Positions 10,063-18,677 of a stretch of 64,000 bases of DNA are shown here, in pieces. How positions within the stretch are numbered: the stretch's first letter is position 1; each line of letters begins with the position of its first letter. Source of the DNA: Thecamonas trahens ATCC 50062 (Eukaryota > Protista > Apusomonadida); assembly GCF_000142905.1 (NCBI RefSeq), contig NW_013657643.1:13542-77541 (forward strand), in the 5' to 3' direction. The notes beneath the pieces are model-generated. The model was not told the DNA's origin, did not search any database, and saw only the letters and a program-made list of their open reading frames with translations. The translations under genes and the position numbers were made by a program.

Positions 10063-12282
10063 ATGGAAAGCCCCCGTCTGCGCAAGGCCGTGGTGCCCAT
10101 TGCCGGGCTCGGGACGCGTATGTTCCCCTTTACCGGTGCTGTGGCCAAGGCCTTCCTTCCCTTGGTCGACGCCCGTCGTGGTCATGTCGTTCCCTTCCTC
10201 CACGCCCTTCTCCTCGCCATTCTCAATGATCCGCTCTCGTCCATCGATCAGGTCGCCATTGTCCTCTCGCCGGCTCAGCGGCCGATGATTGAATCCTACT
10301 TTGCCGGTGATGCTGAGGCTCTGTGGGCGCCTTATGCGGCAAAGTCGGAGGCTCATGCCGCCGCCGTGGCAGAGCTCGCCGTCATCGGCTCCAAGATGGT
10401 CCTCATCGATCAGCCCGTCCCGCGCGGCTTTGGCGATGCTGTCCTGGCCGCCGCCGACTTTGTCGCCCCGGACGAGTACTTTCTGCTCTGTCTCGGCGAC
10501 CACTTTTACACTTCAAGCTCCTCCACGTCGTGCCTCGCCCAGCTCCTTGCCGCCTTTGCCGCTGCCCCGGGCCCGATGACCTCGGTCGGCCTCACCCCGC
10601 TCCGCACAGCTCCTGTGTCAGGCGTCCTTGTTGCTGCTCCGGACGCAGTCCTTGATGCTACTCGCGCCTTTGATCTGGCCGACATGCTCGAGAAGCCCTC
10701 GGTCGAGCTGGCCGCCTCCTGCGCCGCCATCCCGGACTCGCTCGCCATCTCGCCGCCGCCAGCCGAGTTGAGCATTCTTTGCAACTTTGGCATGGACATT
10801 CTGCCGGTAGACGTCTTTGACAAGCTCGCCCGTCAGGGCCAGACTGCGTCCGGTGAGTGCGAGCTCCGGGTTGGCCAGCTCGACATCCTGCGCGAGCGCG
10901 GAACCCGCGGCGTGCTCATCGCCGGTGACCGCCACGACACCGGTCTTCCTCACGACTACGCTGCCTCGTTTGTCGCCGGCTACCTCGCCTCGGCGCGCAC
11001 TCTGCTCTTCAGTGACTCGTCCGGCCCGCCACCTGAGCTTGTCGCTGCCGCCGCCGCCCTCGCGCCTTGGACGCCTACCGCCGCCTCCGGCTGGGCGCCC
11101 GGCCGCATCGACGTCATGGGCGGCATTGCCGACTACTCGGGTTCACTTGTGCTCCAGCTGCCGACGCCCGACCGCGGCAACCTCGCGTTTGTGGCCCGCA
11201 GTCCTACCGACACCGGCTGCGAGCCTCATCTCTGTGCCTCATCGACCTGCGCCGAGCCAGCATCGTTTGCCCTCCCGATTGCAAGCCTGGTCGAGTGCGC
11301 CTCGCCCTCTGACGTCCGCAGCGCACTCGCCGCTGCCGCCGCACCACGTTGGGCCATGTATGCGCTCGGCGTCGTCGGCCTCCTCCACGCCGAGTCGTGG
11401 ATCGATCTCGGCGCTGAGCCGGGCGCAGACCTGCTGCTGGCCATCGCATCGAACCTGCCACAGGGGAAGGGCCTGGCGTCGTCGGCCTCGGTCGAGGTTG
11501 CGGTTGCCAAGGCCTGCGTCGCCGCCTTTGGCGCCGCCCTCGACGACAAGGCCCTCGCCCTCCTGTGCCAGCGAGTCGAGAACTTTGTCGTCGGCGCCCC
11601 GTGTGGCATCATGGACCAGCTTGCCTGCGCGCTTGGCGCGCCCGGAGCGCTCCTCGCCATCGTCTGCCGGCCGGCCCAAATTGACGGCCTCGTTGCTATC
11701 CCGCCCGGCCTCACCGTCATCGACGTCGACTCGGGCGCATCCCACGAGCTCGCCGACTCCGGCTCGGCCTATACCGTCGTTCGCGCCGCCGCGTTCATCG
11801 GCGCCAAGCTCCTCGGCGTCTCCTGTCTCACCGCCGATGTCACCGTTGCGCAGCTTGACGCTCTTCTGCCGACCCTCCCCGAGACTCTCGAAGCCGACGG
11901 CTTTGTCGCCCGCTTTGGCAGCCTCGACGCGCACCTCGACGCCGGCGTCACCCCACTCGAGGCCGGCGTCGCCTATCCGGTCCGAGCCTCGGTCGCCCAT
12001 GCCGTCCGCGAGCACCAGCGGGTTCGCCTCTTCCGGCAGCTGCTGGCGACTCCTGTCCCGGCCGCCGAGACTAAGGCGCTGCTCGGCGAGCTCATGCTCG
12101 CCTCGCACGCCTCCTACACCCGCCTCGGCCTCGGCAGCGCTGCCACCGACGCCATCGTCACCCGCGCCGTCGCGCTCCCCGGCGTTTGGGGCGCAAAAGT
12201 CACCGGCGGCGGCGGCGGAGGTGTGGTCGCTATCCTCTGCGACGATCATGCCGTCGAGCTTGTCCGCTCTTCGTTTTCCTAA
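10063..12282 (+). CDS. Fusion of GalU-like UTP:sugar-1-phosphate nucleotidyltransferase and L-arabinokinase-like GHMP sugar kinase
   Basis: N-terminal KAVVPIAGLGTRMFP...K.FLPLVD, QPVPRGFGDAV, LGDH, EKP; C-terminal APGRIDVMGGIADYSGSLVLQLP, PQGKGLASSASVEVA, CQRVENFVVGAPCGIMDQ, GAKVTGGG; one uninterrupted ORF. Confidence 0.9.
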   Translation: MESPRLRKAVVPIAGLGTRMFPFTGAVAKAFLPLVDARRGHVVPFLHALLLAILNDPLSSIDQVAIVLSPAQRPMIESYFAGDAEALWAPYAAKSEAHAAAVAELAVIGSKMVLIDQPVPRGFGDAVLAAADFVAPDEYFLLCLGDHFYTSSSSTSCLAQLLAAFAAAPGPMTSVGLTPLRTAPVSGVLVAAPDAVLDATRAFDLADMLEKPSVELAASCAAIPDSLAISPPPAELSILCNFGMDILPVDVFDKLARQGQTASGECELRVGQLDILRERGTRGVLIAGDRHDTGLPHDYAASFVAGYLASARTLLFSDSSGPPPELVAAAAALAPWTPTAASGWAPGRIDVMGGIADYSGSLVLQLPTPDRGNLAFVARSPTDTGCEPHLCASSTCAEPASFALPIASLVECASPSDVRSALAAAAAPRWAMYALGVVGLLHAESWIDLGAEPGADLLLAIASNLPQGKGLASSASVEVAVAKACVAAFGAALDDKALALLCQRVENFVVGAPCGIMDQLACALGAPGALLAIVCRPAQIDGLVAIPPGLTVIDVDSGASHELADSGSAYTVVRAAAFIGAKLLGVSCLTADVTVAQLDALLPTLPETLEADGFVARFGSLDAHLDAGVTPLEAGVAYPVRASVAHAVREHQRVRLFRQLLATPVPAAETKALLGELMLASHASYTRLGLGSAATDAIVTRAVALPGVWGAKVTGGGGGGVVAILCDDHAVELVRSSFS

Positions 12283-12313
12283 ACAAGAACACTCCTTGCG
12301 TATCTCTCATCTT

Positions 12314-12381
12314 TCGCTGCGAAGCTGTTGTCGCTGCCAAGCTGCTGTCGCTGCGAAGCTGCTGTCGCTGCGAAGCTGTTG
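12314..12381. repeat. Tandem repeat, 4 x 17 bp (TCGCTGC[G/C]AAGCTGYTG)
   Basis: Units start at 12314, 12331, 12348 and 12365. Confidence 0.9.
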
Positions 12382-12786
12382 TGACGTTTGCATGCGCTTT
12401 GAGCTGCAAGTCAAAAATTTCGGGCAAACCGTTGGGCGGGCAATCATTCCGAGTACGAACAAAGTAATAATACCTTTCCCCCCCTCTCCCCAACCTTGTT
12501 GCCTTCTCACCACCATGGCCGGTACGTTATCCACCCACCCACACGTATGGTCTTTGCCAGTGCGGCACCAAGTACATGATACGAAAGAGCACGGTATCAA
12601 CTATCCGTTCATGTCATCAATTTCCATCGCCCATCCCACCACCGTTCTCCATCCCCCACGGAAAGTGGCAACCGATCGAGTGGTGGAGGGATGGCAGTCA
12701 GCCGCTGCCACCGGTGCGCCTCCTCCCGCACCGCATACTCATGCCATCTGACGTGTGCCACTACAGATAACAGCACTTCGATCGAG

Positions 12787-13944
12787 ATGCTCGAGCTCTC
12801 GGGCCTCCGCGCGCTTGTGACGGGCGGCGCCGGCTTTATTGGCTCGCACCTGGTCGACGCATGTCTCGCCGCCGGCATGACCGTCCGCGTCCTCGACTGC
12901 CTCATGGAGGCCTCGCATGGTGCTGGTGCCGATTGGCCCGAGTACCTGCCGGAGAGCGTGGAGAAGATGTACGGCTCGGTGGCGGTGCGCGAGGATGTGT
13001 TCAAGGCGCTGACCAACATCGACGTTGTCTTCCACATGAGCTCCATCGGCGGCCTTGTTGAGGGCTCCGTCTTTATGCACGAGAACGCGACGGGCATGGC
13101 ACTTATGTTTGACGTCATTGCCCAGCACAAGCTTCCCATCAAGAAGATCGTTGTCGCCTCCTCGCAGGGCATCTACGGTGAGGGCCGCTACGCCTCGCCC
13201 GACGGCACCGAGTTCTCGCTCGCCGGCACCGGCGAAGTCGGCATGCGCAAGGAGGCCGATCTCGACAACGGCATGTGGGAGGTCCGCTGTCCGAAGACCG
13301 GCGAGCCGACAACGGGCGCGTGTGTGCCCGAGTGCCAGACGCCGATGCCGGCGAGCCCGTACGCCATCTCCAAGATGGCTGTCGAGCAGCTGGCCCTCGT
13401 CATGGGCCGCGCCCAGGGCATCCCCACCGTTGCGCTCCGCTTCGGCCTCACCTACGGCCCGCGGCAGTCGGTCAAGAACGCGTACTCGGGCATCGTCTCC
13501 ATCTTCTCCACCATGATCCTCAACGGCAAGAACCCGATCATCTACGAGGACGGCCTGCAGACCCGCGACTTTACCTTTGTCGCTGACAACGTCGCCGCCC
13601 AGCTGCTGGTCATGCGCGACCCGCGCGCCAACTACCAGGTCTTTAACGTCTCCACCGGCGTCGCCACCACCCTCAACGAGGTTGTCGAGATCCTCGCCAA
13701 CGAGTACGGCCGCCCTGAACTGACCGGCTCCCGCCCGGGCAAGTACCGCCTCATCGACGCCCGCCACCTCGTCCTCGACTCATCGCGCCTCCGCGCCCTC
13801 GGCTGGGCCCCGCAGTACACCGCCGCCATGGGCCTCAAGGCCCAGGCCACTTGGATCAAGACCCTGGGCGAGGTCAAGGACTACTTCTCCGACACAATGA
13901 CCAAGCAGGAGGGTGCCTCGTTTGTCCGCGGCTCCAAGGCGTAG
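12787..13944 (+). CDS. NAD-dependent NDP-sugar epimerase/dehydratase (extended SDR; bacterial WbiB/GalE-like)
   Basis: VTGGAGFIGSH, ASSQGIYGEG, YxxxK (PYAISK), YGPRQSVKNAYSGIVSIF, EDGLQTRDFTFV. Confidence 0.9.
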   Translation: MLELSGLRALVTGGAGFIGSHLVDACLAAGMTVRVLDCLMEASHGAGADWPEYLPESVEKMYGSVAVREDVFKALTNIDVVFHMSSIGGLVEGSVFMHENATGMALMFDVIAQHKLPIKKIVVASSQGIYGEGRYASPDGTEFSLAGTGEVGMRKEADLDNGMWEVRCPKTGEPTTGACVPECQTPMPASPYAISKMAVEQLALVMGRAQGIPTVALRFGLTYGPRQSVKNAYSGIVSIFSTMILNGKNPIIYEDGLQTRDFTFVADNVAAQLLVMRDPRANYQVFNVSTGVATTLNEVVEILANEYGRPELTGSRPGKYRLIDARHLVLDSSRLRALGWAPQYTAAMGLKAQATWIKTLGEVKDYFSDTMTKQEGASFVRGSKA

Positions 13945-14045
13945 CCCGCTGATCATGGCTTCCTCGTTTTGTACCAATACACATACTCACGCTGCCGCGC
14001 GCTTTATCCCTCCAAAATTCCAGCCTGCCATCCGCCGACGTGCGC

Positions 14046-15518
14046 TTACGCAATCGAGACGCTCGGCACGTCCTGGAGCCACGATGAAATGAGCTCAAAC
14101 TCCTGCTTGCGGGCGTCGATGACCGACTGCGGGTCGGCCGGATCCGACCACCGCAGGTCGAGGTGGTGAGCGCCGTGCTCGATGACAATGGCCACGACCG
14201 AGTCCGAGACTGTCTTGGTCACGCCGCCGCTGATCCACGGGTCCAGGACGCCATTGGAGAGGATGATGTTCGACGCGGCCTCGAGGTTGTTCGAGCCGTA
14301 GTACGTCTGAGCCCAGTACGGGCGTGGCATGACGCCAAACTGCTGCATGCAAGCCTCCTCGTATGCCGTCAGGTTGAACGGCGCCGGCCAGAACATGTCC
14401 GTCGTCCCGGTCTGGGTGATGGGGAACACCATCTCGGTGCAAGCCTGAAAGTCCCACGGAGTCATGTTGCCGAGGTTCGGCGAGAGCTGCGCGTAAATGT
14501 CAAAGCACTCGGCGTCGCCGGTCCCGTTCCAGTACACTCCGGCAGCGAGGCCAAAGGCGGCGATCCGCTCGGCATCGGTCGGCTGCGTCGGCAGAGCCGT
14601 CGCGTACTTGCACGACACGTTCACCGGGTTGCCGGGCATCGGCCGCAGAAAGTCCGACGGCGCCGGGTAGTCGAGCATCGACATGTACGCAAACGCAGAG
14701 TTGCTCCACTCGAACACCTGGTCGACGTCGGCCTGGCTCTCCACAGGCTTGCACGTCCGCAGCGCATCGCCAATTGCCCGCCGCCCGCTCGCCGTCGTCC
14801 GCATCTCAGGCAGCACGTTGTTGTACACCTGCCGGATGTTGTCCGCGCACCCAGGCGCAGCATCGGCAAAGTCACGCGTGATGACCGCGTTGTACGCTGT
14901 CGGATCCACAAGGCCCTCAAACTCCAGAATCGGCGCAGACGCCGCCAGCGAGCCCTTGACCAGCGCAGGGTACTTGACCCGAATCCATGCCGCGAGCATC
15001 CCGCCGTACGAGCCGCCAAAGGCAATGACCTCGGACTTGTCCAGGCCCTTGTACTCACCCAGAAGCTTGCCCTGCTGGATCTGCACCAGCAGATGCGCAT
15101 AGTCCGCGAGGGCCTGCTCCGACGAGCACAGCCGGATGTTCTCGGGCGTGAACGAGTCGGCGCCAAACGGGAGCGTCTCGCCATAGTACCGATGCTCGAT
15201 GAAGAGGACAAAGGCCCCGAGCCGCTCGGCAAACTCAAAGATGAGCCCGGTGTTGTTGTAGAACGAGACAATGTCGCCCTCGTTGCCCGTGTAGAGGAAA
15301 ATCGGGCCGCCCGTCCGCTCGTCGTAGTACTTGTCCGTGAAGATCATCCGCTGCTTGAACGTCGTCGCTCCGTCGGCGCCACGGGTGGTAAAGTCAAAGT
15401 GGTCCAGCTCCTGCGTCACCCACTGGGTGGTGTACGCCGGCGACGCACCCTCGCTGCCCACCGCCACATACACCACAGCCACCGCCAACATTGCTGCATA
15501 CGTCATACTCCTCACCAT
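14046..15518 (-). CDS. PRCP: Lysosomal Pro-X carboxypeptidase (peptidase S28)
   Basis: Signal peptide; QELDHF, GPIFLYTGNEG, EHRYYGE, GGSYGG, QACTEM, NGVLDPW, GAHHLDLR. Confidence 0.93.
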   Translation of the reverse strand: MVRSMTYAAMLAVAVVYVAVGSEGASPAYTTQWVTQELDHFDFTTRGADGATTFKQRMIFTDKYYDERTGGPIFLYTGNEGDIVSFYNNTGLIFEFAERLGAFVLFIEHRYYGETLPFGADSFTPENIRLCSSEQALADYAHLLVQIQQGKLLGEYKGLDKSEVIAFGGSYGGMLAAWIRVKYPALVKGSLAASAPILEFEGLVDPTAYNAVITRDFADAAPGCADNIRQVYNNVLPEMRTTASGRRAIGDALRTCKPVESQADVDQVFEWSNSAFAYMSMLDYPAPSDFLRPMPGNPVNVSCKYATALPTQPTDAERIAAFGLAAGVYWNGTGDAECFDIYAQLSPNLGNMTPWDFQACTEMVFPITQTGTTDMFWPAPFNLTAYEEACMQQFGVMPRPYWAQTYYGSNNLEAASNIILSNGVLDPWISGGVTKTVSDSVVAIVIEHGAHHLDLRWSDPADPQSVIDARKQEFELISSWLQDVPSVSIA

Positions 15519-15640
15519 GATGATTGGCGAGTCAAGTCTGCCCTGCCCTGCCCTCCCTCCCTCCCTCCCTCCCTCCCTCCCTCCCTCCCTCCCTCCCTGT
15601 CCATACCACGGCACTCGTTTTGCTTTGCTACACACGCCAC

Positions 15641-16858
15641 CTACCTCTCGGCCACATTGCGCTCGACGACTACGAGACAGGGATCTGGGTCGGCCACGGC
15701 CTCGATTGACGAGTTGCCTGTGGGATCGTCGAGGATAACGGTGAACGGGAGCTCGTCCTCACCGGCGATGCACGCGTCGAGCCGTGCCAGGAACGCCGCC
15801 CATGGAGCAGCATCGTCGCTGCTACGCGAGGCAGCGCCCAGCTGTTGGCGCACGTCAGCGAGCAGACCCTCGACCGTCGTCACCTTGCCGCCCAGCGTTC
15901 CTGGCTTCAGCCGGAGGCCGAGCTCGGGCACCTCGATCCCTGCTGTCTCGGTCTTGATCACTTGGCGGCCGAGATCGCTGCGCTCGTTGACGGTGAGCGT
16001 GTGCGTTCGGCCGCACCTGCTCGGCGTCGCCGTCGTTCGAACGTCGTTGGTCTTGTACCCGCAGCCCTCGCAGACAAAGCCCGAGACTGTGGTCTCGTTA
16101 AAGTGCGGAACCTGCATCACAATCGTTCGCACTGTTCCGGGCATCGAGCACATCCCGCACTCGACCGCCATGCTCACCACCTCCTCTGCCACCACCGCCA
16201 GCTCGTCCTCAATCTCGCTGTTTGGCCCAATGTACGACGCTCCCGACGGATCGTGAATTGTCAGCGTGAACGCCATGGCCCCGCGTAGACACGCTTCGAG
16301 CTGGTCCACAATCTCGTCGATCCGAGCCGCGGCCTCGGGCTCCTGGATCCGCCGCACCGGCTGCATCGCACTCAGCCCAACACACGCACGTCGCAGCAGC
16401 CTCTCCACCGTCGTTAGCTCGGCTTGTCCTGCCGCTGGCGCCCGGAACCCAATCTCCGGCACCTCCCAGCTCGCCGTCGCCGATCGAACCACTTCCCGAC
16501 CCAAGTCGGCGCTTCCCGCCATCACCTCGGACATCGCCGCCTCGACGGCCCCTTCCCGCAAATGGCACACATCAGACATAACCACAGTGGCCTCTGCCGA
16601 GCACTCGTCACATTCAAAGACCACAACATCCAGACCTGCCGCCCACCAGCTGTGAGTTGCTTCGATGGCTTGCCCCATGCAGCGAGCGCAGCCGCTGCTT
16701 GCACCACACCTTTACACGCTCGCCACAGGCAGCAACGTACAGCCGAGTCCCGACACGTCGACGCTCTCCGCACGTCCCGACCCCACTGCTCCACAGTCTG
16801 CGCACTCGACCGGCACGTGTCTTGTGCTCGTCCCACCCCCGCCCTCGGTGTCTGTCAT
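15641..16858 (-). CDS. ZPR1: ZPR1 zinc-finger protein. Exons 16741-16858, 15641-16635
   Basis: Two C4 finger-domain repeats: CADC...FECDEC (joined across GTACG..CAG intron 16636-16740) and CGMC...PHF...FVCEGCGYK; GKVTTVEGLL; DDPTGNS. Confidence 0.85.
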
Positions 16859-16902
16859 GTCGAGGTGACCGAGCGACGAGTGCTGCGCGTCGCGAGCTGC
16901 AC

Positions 16903-18393
16903 TCACCCACGCCGCTTCCGCATGCCGCGCACTCGCTTGCCAGCGGGCGAGTCATCATCTTCACGCCGCCGCTTCCGCTTCGTCTTGGGCTTGTTTCGGC
17001 CCTTGGCCGCGGCCTTGGACTTGGATGTCTGCTTGCCACGCAGTCGCTTGGCCGCCAGCAACTCCTGTCGTGACTGGCCGACCGGGAGTGCGGCCATGGC
17101 CATCGTGAGCGCCGCGGCGTCATCGGCACGGGTCGAGACCCAGAACTCGTCGGATCCGAGGTCGGAGACTGTGCGCCCGGGCGTAAAGGTGACTTGCTCC
17201 ACACGCGCCGGCACCGGCGACTGCGGCCCATCGTCCTCCGAGCTGGACCCTGGGACGCATGCTTGCGTCGGCGGGGCCTTGGAACTCGGCTGGACTGACA
17301 CAGGTGTCATCGTTGGCCGTGGTAGCGCCATCCGCGGCGTGCTGGGCGTCAGCGGCCCGTACTGTAGCACTCTCAGCCGGTTCGGCCGTGAGAGCGTCAG
17401 ATGCGGCCGGGCTGCCTCAGCGGCATGCCCGGCGAGCCTCACCGGCGTCGTCTCTGGTCCGATACCGTCGTTGCTGTCCTCATCATCGTTGGAGACCGAT
17501 GGAAGGCACACTGGCGGCGCTGGTTGCACCGTCGGTTTGGGCGCAGATAGTCGCGGTGGCGCAGGTGTCGGCGCGCCGCCGGCGTTGGATCCTGCGTCGG
17601 AATCCGAGTCAGACGCCAGCACGCACAGGCTGCCGCCATTGTCTACTCGGCTCGTACCCACCGTCGGCCGCACTCGCGTCAACATTCGCCACATCGAGCC
17701 CGGTGTCGAGATCGAGACGTTGAGCGCTGCTGGCCCCTCGCTCCTCTCGGCTCCAGCTCCACATTCGCTCGACGACGACGAGCCCTCCAGCTTTCGCAGA
17801 AACGAGGCGTTGATAGCCGCTGATGATGACGAAGACACCGAGTCTGCCACCGACACCGTCGACTCCTCACCAGAGCCCGACTCGGTCTCGGGCACCAGGA
17901 CCTGCGAGAGGCCCGGTGACCTGACCGGCGAGCTGGAGGCCACCGGCGAGTCTTCCACCACCCAGTTGTTGAACGACGGCGACCGGCCGATCCGCACTGG
18001 TGACGAGGCTTGTGGCCGAGGCGATGCCGACGCACGCGACCGTGGCGAGAGCGAAGCCTGCTGCGAGTGCGATGGCGACGAGTGCGGCGAGTTGGAAGCT
18101 TGCGATGAAAAGGAAAAGACTCTGGCCAGCGCCGACGGCGTCCGCTTGAGCGCCGGCGGTGTGATGACGATGGGCAGATCCATGGGCGAGTCCAAATACG
18201 ACACTTGCTGCTTCTGTTTCTCTTCCATCGCCCGACTCGAGCCACGCCGCATGGAGCCATGTCGGCGCGAGGATGTGGCGACTCGGCTGCTCCTCGCTGA
18301 GCCATTCGCTCCCCGCGGCGTCGTTGGCGCGCGGGCACCACCAGGCACAAGCCGGACCCGTGTCTGCCTAGCCTTTCGCGTTGTCCGTGGCAT
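16903..18393 (-). CDS. Hypothetical Ser/Pro-rich disordered protein with basic C-terminal NLS-like tract
   Basis: 496-aa ORF from MPRTTRK; many SP motifs; KPKTKRKRRR. Confidence 0.6.
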   Translation of the reverse strand: MPRTTRKARQTRVRLVPGGARAPTTPRGANGSARSSRVATSSRRHGSMRRGSSRAMEEKQKQQVSYLDSPMDLPIVITPPALKRTPSALARVFSFSSQASNSPHSSPSHSQQASLSPRSRASASPRPQASSPVRIGRSPSFNNWVVEDSPVASSSPVRSPGLSQVLVPETESGSGEESTVSVADSVSSSSSAAINASFLRKLEGSSSSSECGAGAERSEGPAALNVSISTPGSMWRMLTRVRPTVGTSRVDNGGSLCVLASDSDSDAGSNAGGAPTPAPPRLSAPKPTVQPAPPVCLPSVSNDDEDSNDGIGPETTPVRLAGHAAEAARPHLTLSRPNRLRVLQYGPLTPSTPRMALPRPTMTPVSVQPSSKAPPTQACVPGSSSEDDGPQSPVPARVEQVTFTPGRTVSDLGSDEFWVSTRADDAAALTMAMAALPVGQSRQELLAAKRLRGKQTSKSKAAAKGRNKPKTKRKRRREDDDSPAGKRVRGMRKRRG

Positions 18394-18677
18394 GCTCTCT
18401 GCCCTCTGCCTCGTACACGCAGCGAGCAGTGTTCCCTCTTCTCCCACCCTCCCTCCCTCCCTCCTCCCCCCCCCCCCCCCCCCCCCCACCCCCCACCCCA
18501 CCCGCGTCACACCAGCTGCTACGCAACACCAAGCTACCGAACCCTACCTACCACTTCTTCCAATGTCTTCCTTTAACATGTCCACGCTCTTGCCGCTTGC
18601 GTCGAAAAGCCGGCATATACCGCCGAGACGCGGCGCACGGCGGAGTCCAGAAAGGGTCGTGGTTTGGTGACTAAACC

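Noticed and set aside
12314-12381. CRISPR-like array
   Set aside because: Repeats are directly adjacent with no spacers, there are no cas genes, and the context is eukaryotic.
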